NCBI GenBank assembly: GCA_043815245.1
Contig: JBDRJD010000014.1
Location: 14,986 to 78,985, forward strand
DNA from: an archaeon
GTDB lineage: Archaea > Nanobdellota > Nanobdellia > Pacearchaeales > GW2011-AR1
Direction of reading: 5' to 3'
DNA length: 64,000 bases
How positions within the stretch are numbered: position 1 is the stretch's first letter; each line of letters starts with the position of its first letter. The position numbers and the translations under genes were made by a program. Shown here one piece after another: positions 55,760 through 64,000 of the stretch. Under the pieces are notes generated by a model, which saw only the letters and a program-made list of their open reading frames with translations, did not search any database and was not told the DNA's origin.

Positions 55760-56651
55760 TTGATTTTGTTTTTTCTATACGCCATCCATCTTGATAGCCT
55801 TTTTTCCGGATTTTTAGATCATAAAAAGCAGTTAGATAAATGCAGAGTCTAGCTAAAAAAAGCAGGCATGTCCAATAAAACTCTTTTATGCTTCTGGGGT
55901 AGGATAAAGCAAAAAAAGTACCTTCTTTTATCTCATTAAAAAAAGACTTTGTTCTAGGCATATTTTTGGCAATTTTATTAAGATTTTCATGGGCTTTAAT
56001 ATTCCTAATTTTTTGAACCTTCCACTCTTTCCAATTATCAGGAGAAACAACATAAACTTTCGCCTGGGGAACATACTTTATTTTGTAGCCTTTTTCCCAA
56101 AATAAGTGAGGGATAATGCTATCTTCTGAAGTTTCTAAAGGAAACCCCTGCAATGCCCCATTTCTTATTGCAAACAAATAACCAGAACACTCAAAAAAAG
56201 CTCTTTTTTTAGAGATCTTCTCTCTTACTCTATGGATACCGTCAAACAATAAGTGGCTCCAAAAACCAAGAGCACTATTTTTTTTGTTTAAAGAAACAGG
56301 TCGGCCAGTTATGCAACCAATTTTTTTATCTTTAAATGCCTCGAAAATTGAAGCTACTGAATTTTCAGATACATAAACGTCTCCATCTGTGAGAATAATT
56401 AGATCAGATGTATCTTTAGAGTATATTTGTTCAAATAGAACATTTAGAGCATAACTTTTTCCTTCACCAGGATCCAAAAAAAACTCAACTTTCTTGTTTT
56501 TTATATTTTTCTTAATAAACTTTTCAGTTTCTGGAAAAGGGTCTACTACAATTATTTTAAAGGGTTGGTTGATCTTTTGGGATAAGAAGGAATTAATCGA
56601 CTTAAGAGTGGATTTCGGTTCCCCATATGCGGTTATGATTATGTGGATCAT
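55743..56651 (-). CDS. GT2 glycosyltransferase
   Basis: Begins MIHIIITAYGEPKSTLKSI, with ILTDGDVY (a DxD-like motif). Confidence 0.5.
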   Translation of the reverse strand: MIHIIITAYGEPKSTLKSINSFLSQKINQPFKIIVVDPFPETEKFIKKNIKNKKVEFFLDPGEGKSYALNVLFEQIYSKDTSDLIILTDGDVYVSENSVASIFEAFKDKKIGCITGRPVSLNKKNSALGFWSHLLFDGIHRVREKISKKRAFFECSGYLFAIRNGALQGFPLETSEDSIIPHLFWEKGYKIKYVPQAKVYVVSPDNWKEWKVQKIRNIKAHENLNKIAKNMPRTKSFFNEIKEGTFFALSYPRSIKEFYWTCLLFLARLCIYLTAFYDLKIRKKGYQDGWRIEKTKSTSPLD

Positions 56652-56707
56652 TTGTAAGACACCTACGGTTTCTTAACAATCAACTTCCCTTAAATATGTT
56701 TTGGGAA

Positions 56708-56911
56708 CTAAGGGGTATTAGCGTACTCTGTAACTAGCCGGATTATTACTTTTTCTTCTCCTGTTTTTTCGTTTTTTGCAGATACCCGGCATTTAGCTTT
56801 TCCTTGTTTAAGTCCTTTTTCTGAGAATTCTATTTGATTTACTATCAAAGTATCTCCGAATAGTATAATTTTATCTCCTGTTTTTATCTCTTTAAATTGT
56901 TTTTTATTCAT
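56708..56911 (-). CDS. Hypothetical small protein
   Basis: A 67-aa ORF with no recognisable motif. Confidence 0.25.
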   Translation of the reverse strand: MNKKQFKEIKTGDKIILFGDTLIVNQIEFSEKGLKQGKAKCRVSAKNEKTGEEKVIIRLVTEYANTP

Positions 56912-56961
56912 GCATTGCTGAACTTAGGAATATATATAAAGTTTTTTATATAGAAAGGTAG

Positions 56962-57654
56962 ATGAAGGAAGCAATTATTCTTGTTTCAGGTGGACTTGAC
57001 AGTTATGTTACTGCGTGGTATGCTAAAAAGGTAGGCAAAAGAAAAGTTAAGCTCTTATTTTTTGATTATGGGCAGAAGGGAATAGAAGAAGAGCTGTTTT
57101 GCACTCAAAAGCTAGCAGGAGAGTTAAAGGCTAGATTAAAGATAGTTGACATAAAATGGTTGGGAGAAATCAGCACTTCTCTGATAAATAAAAACAAGAA
57201 AACAGGAAAAACAGAGATAATTAAGTGGTATGTTCCGTGTAGGAACGCGGTATTTTTGACTGCTGCACTTGCATATGCTGAGTCAGAATTTCTGTCAAAA
57301 AACAAGAAGAGTGATATCTACCTAGGGGTAAAGTATGAAGGGGAAATAAGTTTTAATGACACTAAAGAGGCTTTTATAAGAAAAGTAAATGAATTAAGCA
57401 AGGTGGCTACACAAAAAGGAAGTTACAAGATAGTGACCCCCTTTATAAAAAAGGATAAAGAAGAAATTATAAATCTGGCAAAGAAAATGGGCCTTGATTT
57501 GGAGCAAACTTATAGTTGCTACAGGAGTAATGAGTTTGCGAGGGTTAACAATAAGAAAATTCCAATTCATTGTGGGGACTGTGCTGGTTGTAAGGCAAGA
57601 AAGAAAGGATTCAGGTTCTCAGAAATAAAAGATCCGAGCATATATGTAAAATGA
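56962..57654 (+). CDS. QueC/ExsB-family PP-loop ATP pyrophosphatase (QueC or WbpG-like glycan amidotransferase)
   Basis: Has an N-terminal ILVSGGLDSYV PP-loop and a C-terminal zinc site (CYRS...HCGDCAGCKARKKGF). Confidence 0.55.
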   Translation: MKEAIILVSGGLDSYVTAWYAKKVGKRKVKLLFFDYGQKGIEEELFCTQKLAGELKARLKIVDIKWLGEISTSLINKNKKTGKTEIIKWYVPCRNAVFLTAALAYAESEFLSKNKKSDIYLGVKYEGEISFNDTKEAFIRKVNELSKVATQKGSYKIVTPFIKKDKEEIINLAKKMGLDLEQTYSCYRSNEFARVNNKKIPIHCGDCAGCKARKKGFRFSEIKDPSIYVK

Positions 57655-58148
57655 ATGAAAAAATAGTTATTGTAAATAAAAAGGATGAAGTTATAGGTTA
57701 CAAAGACAGGGAGCTGGCTGAAAAAGATATCTACAGGGTTTCGGCATTATGGATTAAAAATTCTAAAAACGAGTTTTTATTAGCCAGAAGAGCTTATACA
57801 AAAAGCCATAGTCCAGGAAAATGGGGGCCAGCTGTTGCAGGAACTGTTGAAAAGGGGGAAACTTATAAAAAGAATATGATTAAAGAAGTTAAAGAAGAAC
57901 TTGGATTAGAAAGTTTAAATCTAGTAAAAGGTCCAAAGTTATATCATGAAAAAGAGCATAGGTATTTTGTGCAGTGGTTTTTATTAGTAATTGATAGAGA
58001 AATTTCCAAGTTTAGATTTGATAAAAAAGAGGTGGCTGAAATAAAGTGGTTTTCTAAAAAAGAATTTTTAAATCAAATAAATAGTAACCCGGAAGAGTTT
58101 ATCCCAAGTATTGAGGGATACTCCCATTTGTTTCAAGATGAAATTTGA
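57651..58148 (+). CDS. Nudix hydrolase
   Basis: Has the Nudix box GTVEKGETYKKNMIKEVKEELGL. Confidence 0.6.
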   Translation: MNEKIVIVNKKDEVIGYKDRELAEKDIYRVSALWIKNSKNEFLLARRAYTKSHSPGKWGPAVAGTVEKGETYKKNMIKEVKEELGLESLNLVKGPKLYHEKEHRYFVQWFLLVIDREISKFRFDKKEVAEIKWFSKKEFLNQINSNPEEFIPSIEGYSHLFQDEI

Positions 58149-58983
58149 CTATAAAAAGTACAATGAGGAAAAGTACGAGCAGGATTTTTGGACGATTAAT
58201 AGGTCAAAATATAAGTGGTTTAGCAACTATGTGAGACTGAAGATATTTAAAAAGTGGTGTTTAAGTGTAAAAAATAAAGGGGCATTTCTTGATGTTGGAG
58301 GAGGTGTAGGAAACTGGGCATTTCATTTTTTGGATTATTTTGAAAAAGTGATTGTGCTCGATATTTCAAAGAAAGCTCTGGAAAAAATTCCTGAAAAAGA
58401 GATAATAAAAAAGCAGGGGAGTGCTGATAAGATTCCTTTAAAGTCCAAGACAGTGGACTGCATTCTTTTAGCAGATGTATTGGAACATATACATCCTTCT
58501 GATTTGAATAAAGTTATGAAAGAGCTAAAAAGAGTTTTAAAAGATAATGGGAGGATAGTGATTCAAACTTCACTCTATGGTTATGGGATAGGGTTGGTTT
58601 TTAAGCGTGTTTTCAAAAAAATGAACGGTAGGTTGATGAAGTCTGAGATGAAGGAGGGGCATTTAAACAGGCTGAAATTTAATGAGATTAAAAGCCTTGC
58701 AAAAAAGAATGGGTTAATAATTGAAGACTATCTTTTTTACAGTATAATTTTTCAGCAACTAACTGACTTTATCAAAGACTTAACAGCAAAAGCCATGAGC
58801 AAGGAGAGTAAGCATATAAGAAAGGGTCAGGAATTAAAAGATAGGTTGAAAAAAGTTGAAAAACCAAGTAAGGTATTTAGAATGATATTTGGAACTTTCT
58901 CAAGAATATCTTACTTAGATATCATACTATTTGGGAAAATTTTGCCAGGACAGGGAATCTTCTTAAAACTAAGAAAGAATTAG
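58111..58983 (+). CDS. Class I SAM-dependent methyltransferase
   Basis: Has FLDVGGGVGNW (motif I) and ADVLEHI. The start may be the internal Met at 58138. Confidence 0.6.
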   Translation: MRDTPICFKMKFDYKKYNEEKYEQDFWTINRSKYKWFSNYVRLKIFKKWCLSVKNKGAFLDVGGGVGNWAFHFLDYFEKVIVLDISKKALEKIPEKEIIKKQGSADKIPLKSKTVDCILLADVLEHIHPSDLNKVMKELKRVLKDNGRIVIQTSLYGYGIGLVFKRVFKKMNGRLMKSEMKEGHLNRLKFNEIKSLAKKNGLIIEDYLFYSIIFQQLTDFIKDLTAKAMSKESKHIRKGQELKDRLKKVEKPSKVFRMIFGTFSRISYLDIILFGKILPGQGIFLKLRKN

Positions 58984-60096
58984 TTTCTCTATTTTGCCGA
59001 TTAGAATATCCCATCTAAACTCTTCAGCTTTTATTCTCGCTTGTTTTTGTATTTCTTTTATTCTTCGTAAGTTTTTTTTAGCTAAAATAAATAAAATCAC
59101 TTCAGATAGATTTTTTTCATCTCCGGTTTTAAACAAAAAACCGTCTTTCTTATCAGAGATTATCTCCTTTCCTGCTTTATTATCTGAAGAGATGACTATT
59201 TTACCGACAGCCATTGCTTCCACTAGGGCTTGGGGCATTGCCTCAGAAATAGATGGTAAAACAAAAATGTCAGTATTCCTCAAGGCATCAACACGCTCCC
59301 GTAGGGAGTATACTGGGGGGAAGAACCTTAGATTCCTGATTTTTAATTTGGAGGCTAAATTTTTAAGGTTACTAGTGCAAGGCTGTTCTTGGGGCCCAGT
59401 TATTTTAAGCTTTAGTTGGGGATACTCGGTTGAAACCAATTTAAAGGATTTGATAAGTGTTTCAAGATTTTTTATGTTTGCTATTCTTCCAAAAAATAAA
59501 ATTGAGTCCCCATTAAATTGCGAAATTTTTGGTTTAAAAAATTCTTTTGGGATGCCATTTGGAACATAACTTATTTTTTCTTTCTTTGCTCCGAGAGCCA
59601 AGAGAAAGGGGGCCTCCCACTTAGTAATTGTGATAATCCTGTCAAACTCATTTAGTATTCTCCTAGCAATAAATTTATCATAAATTGAAACTGCCACTTT
59701 AGAAAAAAATGAACGTGTTGAGTTCCCTTCAATAAATGGGGCGTGCGTCACAAGAAAAACTTTGGCATTTATTTTTTTCGCTATTTTTAGTGCTTTAGTA
59801 GTATGCAGGTGCCTGTAACTGTGGGCAATGATGATATCCGGCCTTAACTTAATTGCTTCTGCAGTAAAGTCCCAGGACATAAAACTTTCCCCCCCTAATT
59901 TTTTAGTTGGAAATCGCTTTATTTTAACTCTTCCTAGAGTATCTTCAGGTAAAGCAAGCTCGCCAGAACCTTTTGTAATATCTGAGGAAAAAATATAAAC
60001 CTCATATTTTTTAGATAAAAGCTCTGCTTCTTGTTTGACTCTTTGCCAAACACCGCAAACTCCTGCTGAATAGTTGGTTAGTTCTAAAATTCTCAT
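58969..60096 (-). CDS. GT4 (GT-B) glycosyltransferase
   Basis: Has the C-terminal SEAMPQALVEAMAVGKIVISSD motif. Confidence 0.6.
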   Translation of the reverse strand: MRILELTNYSAGVCGVWQRVKQEAELLSKKYEVYIFSSDITKGSGELALPEDTLGRVKIKRFPTKKLGGESFMSWDFTAEAIKLRPDIIIAHSYRHLHTTKALKIAKKINAKVFLVTHAPFIEGNSTRSFFSKVAVSIYDKFIARRILNEFDRIITITKWEAPFLLALGAKKEKISYVPNGIPKEFFKPKISQFNGDSILFFGRIANIKNLETLIKSFKLVSTEYPQLKLKITGPQEQPCTSNLKNLASKLKIRNLRFFPPVYSLRERVDALRNTDIFVLPSISEAMPQALVEAMAVGKIVISSDNKAGKEIISDKKDGFLFKTGDEKNLSEVILFILAKKNLRRIKEIQKQARIKAEEFRWDILIGKIEKLILS

Positions 60097-61161
60097 TTAT
60101 GATTCTCCTTTTAATAATGCATCTATCGCTTTTTTAACTTTTTCTGTAGGTATTTTTCTGACTTTTTTGTTAAAGATAAGGGTATAGTTATGGGGGTGCT
60201 GCCAGGGATGCCATGTTTCAGGATAAGTGCAAAATAATGCAACTGTTTTAGTTTTAGATGCGGCTGCGAAATGGATAGCTGAAGTATCTATGCTGACTAG
60301 AATTTTAGACTTTGAAATAAGGGAAGCATATTCATTAATTTTTAACTTCCCGGTGAAGTCATAAACTTTTTCAGTTTTGTCTAAATTACTAATTATATTT
60401 TTAGCAATAAGTGAATCTTCGCTTGAACCGCCGATTATTACTGGGAGGGCATGTTTTTTGTTAAGATGATTTACAATTTCCGCAAACTTTTTCTCGTCCC
60501 ATAAATAATTTTTCCCTGCCAAGGAACGCTTGCCCGGATGAATTATTGCAAAATTCCTAATTTTGTTTTTCCTGAGGAGCGAGTCAACTTTCAGCCCATC
60601 TTTTTTAGAAGGAAAAGTCTCCATTAAAATATCTTTGGAGGTAACCTTCAAGTACTTAGCAGGAAAAAGATTCTCTTTAACTTTGTGAACTTCACGTAAA
60701 GAAGGAAAGATACACCTAGTTAAAAAGAAGGAGTTAATATTAGCATAAGCGGTCTGAGCGTAACCAATTCTGTAAGTAATCTTAGCTTTGAGAAGTGTTA
60801 TAAACATTTTAAGTGAGCAGGGGTAGATCGTAATTGCTAATTGATATTTTTGATGAATCTTCTTTTCAAAAGCGGGATAGTTCTCAAAAACTAGTATTTT
60901 GTTAATATGAGGATTATTTTGAAGGATAGTCTCCATTCCGGACCTTACAGCGACATCGATTTTATAACTTTTGGAGAGGCACTTGATTAGGGGGGTTGTC
61001 GCGAGTAAGTCACCTATAAAACCAAGATTAACAATTAGAATAGACTTGATTGGACTTTTAGAAATTTTTTTGAACTTAAATGGAGAGAATATAAGCCATA
61101 CTAAGTAGTTAATTAATTGGAAAGTCTTTCTTCTTATTTTTTTAAGTGTCTCGGGGGACAT
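60097..61161 (-). CDS. GT9 heptosyltransferase (second copy)
   Basis: Has ILIVNLGFIGDLLATTPLIKCL and IDTSAIHFAAASKTKTVALF. Confidence 0.6.
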   Translation of the reverse strand: MSPETLKKIRRKTFQLINYLVWLIFSPFKFKKISKSPIKSILIVNLGFIGDLLATTPLIKCLSKSYKIDVAVRSGMETILQNNPHINKILVFENYPAFEKKIHQKYQLAITIYPCSLKMFITLLKAKITYRIGYAQTAYANINSFFLTRCIFPSLREVHKVKENLFPAKYLKVTSKDILMETFPSKKDGLKVDSLLRKNKIRNFAIIHPGKRSLAGKNYLWDEKKFAEIVNHLNKKHALPVIIGGSSEDSLIAKNIISNLDKTEKVYDFTGKLKINEYASLISKSKILVSIDTSAIHFAAASKTKTVALFCTYPETWHPWQHPHNYTLIFNKKVRKIPTEKVKKAIDALLKGES

Positions 61162-61215
61162 ATATGTTCGAATGTGATAAGGTTTATATAGGTTTTTAGT
61201 ATCTGCCTTTTATAA

Positions 61216-62322
61216 ATGGTAGAAAGATTCTATAATCTAGATCCGAGAAAAATAAAGATAGTTAACTTGATTCCTATTGGGCGATCCAGCTCTATATTTT
61301 TACAAGGCTTATTGGATTGGCATCCAGAAATAATCACAATTTTAGGAAATTTCTATCCTGAGAAAAGTGACTTGCAGAGTAGACGGTTTGAGGTTATTGC
61401 CAAGAAGATATATGGGAAGATAAATGCGATGACTAAACATTATAATACTACCTATGATTTGGGAAGAAACTTTCCTGAGGGGAAATTTGCCGGTTACTTG
61501 AAAGAGTATACAGATGTCTTTGGAATGAGTATCGGGTCTTTGTTTATTGGGGCACACTATGCATATGCTAGGCATTATAAAAGGGATATTTCCAAGATAA
61601 AGTATATTCTTGCCCATGCGCATGGGGCGACTTTATTTCACCAAATTGTAAAAGACTTTCCCAAGCAGAAACTGATTTTTACAATAAGAGATCCTAGAGC
61701 TAATTACCTTTCATATAAAAAAATTGGAATATTGGTTCACGGAACACTATATCAATATGAAAATTATCTTTTGTATAGAAAACTAAAAAAAATAGGATAT
61801 CCAATAATTATAATTAGGCATGAGGATATGCATACAAAATATGAAGAGGTTAAAAAGGGACTAATTGAATTTTTAGGTATTAAAAAGTCCAAGAGTTTAG
61901 ATTCCTGTAGTTTTTTTAATCTGGCTTATGATGGTAGTGAGAGTAAAATAAGCTCAAGTCAAAATCTTTCTGATACGCGGCCTAATAAAAAGTTCGTGAA
62001 TGAGAAGTGGAAATCAGATTTGTCTACCTCAGAATTAAACCTAATTCAGTTTATTTTTCGTAAAATGATGGAGGAATTTAAGTATCGGAAGTATTATTCA
62101 GGGGGGGAAATAGTAATAAAATTTCTTAATACTGATGTTAGGAGCTTATCGAGAAGCAATTTAGAATCTAAAAAAGGAATAAAAAAATTTCTGCTCACTT
62201 TTGCAAGGTTTATTTATCAAATTCCCATACTTGGAATAATATTAATTGATATTAGTTTATTGCTGTACTACTTTTTTATGATCATTCTAGCAATTCTAAA
62301 AGTTATTGTGAAAAAAGTTTAG
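61216..62322 (+). CDS. Sulfotransferase-family protein with C-terminal TM helix
   Basis: Has a 5'-PSB-like IPIGRSSSIF and a 3'-PB-like FTIRDPRANYLSYKK. The C-terminus is hydrophobic (ILGIILIDISLLLYYFFMIILAIL). Confidence 0.45.
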   Translation: MVERFYNLDPRKIKIVNLIPIGRSSSIFLQGLLDWHPEIITILGNFYPEKSDLQSRRFEVIAKKIYGKINAMTKHYNTTYDLGRNFPEGKFAGYLKEYTDVFGMSIGSLFIGAHYAYARHYKRDISKIKYILAHAHGATLFHQIVKDFPKQKLIFTIRDPRANYLSYKKIGILVHGTLYQYENYLLYRKLKKIGYPIIIIRHEDMHTKYEEVKKGLIEFLGIKKSKSLDSCSFFNLAYDGSESKISSSQNLSDTRPNKKFVNEKWKSDLSTSELNLIQFIFRKMMEEFKYRKYYSGGEIVIKFLNTDVRSLSRSNLESKKGIKKFLLTFARFIYQIPILGIILIDISLLLYYFFMIILAILKVIVKKV

Positions 62323-63769
62323 AGATAAGCTTTTCATTAATATAATCTTCACATCCTGCTCTTTCAGGATGCCACATTACACCTAAGATGTCTAGGGTGG
62401 GGTGATAAACTCCCTCTATATATCCGTCGGAAGTTGTTGCAAAGCTTCTAAGCTCTCTTGAAAGTACTTCTGTAGAAACGCAATGATTATGAAAAGAGTT
62501 TACTGTAAAATTTTCATTGCCTAAAAATGTCTGAAATCCGGAATCGGCTATTTCTATAGGATGTGTTTTAGCGACATGATCTTCTTTACCAGCTCCTTGC
62601 AGGAGTTTTCCCCCAAAATAAACATTAAGAAATTGCATTCCTCTGCACTGGCACAGAACAGGTAACTTATGTTTAATTGCAAAATCTAGAATTTTCTTCT
62701 CTGTTGAATCGCGAAAATCTGAATGGTCAGAAGATTCAGATCTCAGACCATGGTATAAAGTGGGATTTACATCATTGCCTCCAGAGAGGATAAACCCGGA
62801 AACATCCAGTTCCTTAAGATATTCTTCTACATCTTGAAGAGTATTTGGTACAGGAATGAGGATCAATCCGTATTTAGAGTAATATTTTGCATAGTCTTGT
62901 TCTAAAGCATCTTTATCAGCCCCTTTATCGGCGCGGACTACTCTTTGAGAGATAGCAATTTTTTTTGTTGTGTTTTGTATCTCATCTAACTTAACAAATC
63001 TTTTTAAGATACCTTGTTGCAGCCATTTTGTATAGTTTTCATAGTCCTCATTTGTATCAAACTCCAGCCAGCCGCGCTTAATCAAAATTGGTGAAACTTT
63101 GTAACCCTCATTAACCAAGGCTTGAAGTATGCAGGTCATATAAGCTTTTTTAAATGACTTGGATCTTAACCAGGGGGAGTCTTTATCCCAAAATTTTTCT
63201 CTATTCTTATGATAAACTTTTTTTAGGGCTTCTGCTCCAGATTTTGAGAATTTGATTAGGCCCACATAACGCACTTTAGCTTGGCTTCTTGAGCAAGAAG
63301 TGTTCCCAAGGTCTACAACCTCTCCATCTCTATCAATGATAAGACTTTCCATATCTTCTTCTGGGTTTGGCATCCTAGCACTCCAATAGTCCCAGTAGTC
63401 TTCATCGATTGTAACACCAATATCTACTTTTGAGGCTAGTACTTTATCAAGAACTTTTTTTTCGTAGAGGATATCAGAGTAACAAACTAAAATATCATCA
63501 TTAAACTCAGGCTCGGCTTGCATTAAGGAAGCTACCATGTTAGTTTCTTCATAAAGAGGGTTATGGTAGTATTTTACTCCAGAAATCTGGATTTTCTCTT
63601 TCATATATCCTGTAACAATGATAATGTCCTTTATGCCCGCTTCACGAAGAAGCTCGACCTGCCGTTCAATTAGAGGCTGGCCATTAAAGTTTAGCATGCC
63701 TTTTGGGAGATTTTCTGTGTATTTGTTTAATCGAGTTCCCTTACCTGCTGCAAGAATTATTGCTTTCAT
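62303..63769 (-). CDS. Fusion protein: N-terminal sugar-phosphate nucleotidyltransferase + C-terminal class-I glutamine amidotransferase (peptidase C26/PuuD-like)
   Basis: Has N-terminal MKAIILAAGKGTRLN. The C-terminus has ILSGGNDVNPTLYHG...LCQCRGMQFLNVYFGG...VNSFHNHCV (a Cys-His GATase1 triad pattern). Confidence 0.55.
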   Translation of the reverse strand: MKAIILAAGKGTRLNKYTENLPKGMLNFNGQPLIERQVELLREAGIKDIIIVTGYMKEKIQISGVKYYHNPLYEETNMVASLMQAEPEFNDDILVCYSDILYEKKVLDKVLASKVDIGVTIDEDYWDYWSARMPNPEEDMESLIIDRDGEVVDLGNTSCSRSQAKVRYVGLIKFSKSGAEALKKVYHKNREKFWDKDSPWLRSKSFKKAYMTCILQALVNEGYKVSPILIKRGWLEFDTNEDYENYTKWLQQGILKRFVKLDEIQNTTKKIAISQRVVRADKGADKDALEQDYAKYYSKYGLILIPVPNTLQDVEEYLKELDVSGFILSGGNDVNPTLYHGLRSESSDHSDFRDSTEKKILDFAIKHKLPVLCQCRGMQFLNVYFGGKLLQGAGKEDHVAKTHPIEIADSGFQTFLGNENFTVNSFHNHCVSTEVLSRELRSFATTSDGYIEGVYHPTLDILGVMWHPERAGCEDYINEKLISKLFSQ

Positions 63770-63770
63770 A

Positions 63771-64000
63771 TTAACTTATCCCTGTAATTTGCTGAGTAGC
63801 ACAATTTAATTCAATTTTTTTAAAATTACGAACATAATCGAAAATTGTAGAGCCACAACCAATGGCTGCTGGAAGGTTGAATTCTGCGCATCTAATTGAC
63901 ATGTGAGAGGCCACACCCCCATATTTTGTTAATAATCCTTTGATGTTATGGCCAAACACCCAGTCATAACCAGGATCGGCGTTGGTAATTAGAACAATCT
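63771..64000 (-). CDS. PEP-utilising-enzyme swivel-domain protein, C-terminal end (5' partial; gene continues past window end)
   Basis: Ends ...YGGVASHMSIRCAEFNLPAAIGCG, which resembles the phospho-histidine mobile domain (GGRTSHAAIIARE.GIPAVVG) of PEP synthase / PPDK / RPH-like enzymes. Confidence 0.4.
   Translation of the reverse strand, partial: IVLITNADPGYDWVFGHNIKGLLTKYGGVASHMSIRCAEFNLPAAIGCGSTIFDYVRNFKKIELNCATQQITGIS

Noticed and set aside
56962-57654. The QueC-like gene, considered as part of a queuosine/archaeosine or Dpd DNA-modification system
   Set aside because: No QueD/QueE/TGT/DpdA-like genes are in the window. Its context is purely glycan biosynthesis, so a WbpG/PseA-like role is more likely, though this is unproven.

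Overview
This is an AT-rich (roughly 30-35% GC by eye), tightly packed archaeal chromosomal segment. The gene content is unmistakably archaeal: FtsZ, SepF, SecE, Spt5, L11, the stalk proteins L1/L10(P0)/L12(P1), a long SecY-proximal ribosomal-protein operon running L3 to L15, aIF5A, aSUI1, RpoP, two prefoldin subunits and TYW1/Taw1. The small lysine-rich proteins and reduced spacing suggest a DPANN-like or otherwise small-genome archaeon. The first ~39 kb is core informational and housekeeping DNA, with two tRNAs and a 1061-aa heavily sequon-laden surface (S-layer-like) protein. The last ~25 kb (39.5-64 kb) is a dense surface-glycan / N-glycosylation island. It is built around the oligosaccharyltransferase AglB (WWDYG motif) and carries a GPT-family initiating phosphotransferase, a Wzx-like flippase, several GT2/GT4 enzymes, a second GT-C (ArnT/PMT-like) enzyme, UDP-GlcNAc 2-epimerase and a B12-radical-SAM enzyme. 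It also carries a complete bacterial-type ADP-heptose pathway (GmhA, GmhB, bifunctional HldE) with two GT9 heptosyltransferases, a sulfotransferase-like protein, a QueC/WbpG-like PP-loop enzyme, a nucleotidyltransferase-GATase1 fusion and a PEP-utilising swivel-domain protein cut by the window end. That island is the best candidate here for something novel, namely a heptose-containing and possibly sulfated or amidated archaeal glycan. I found no CRISPR array, transposase or integrase.
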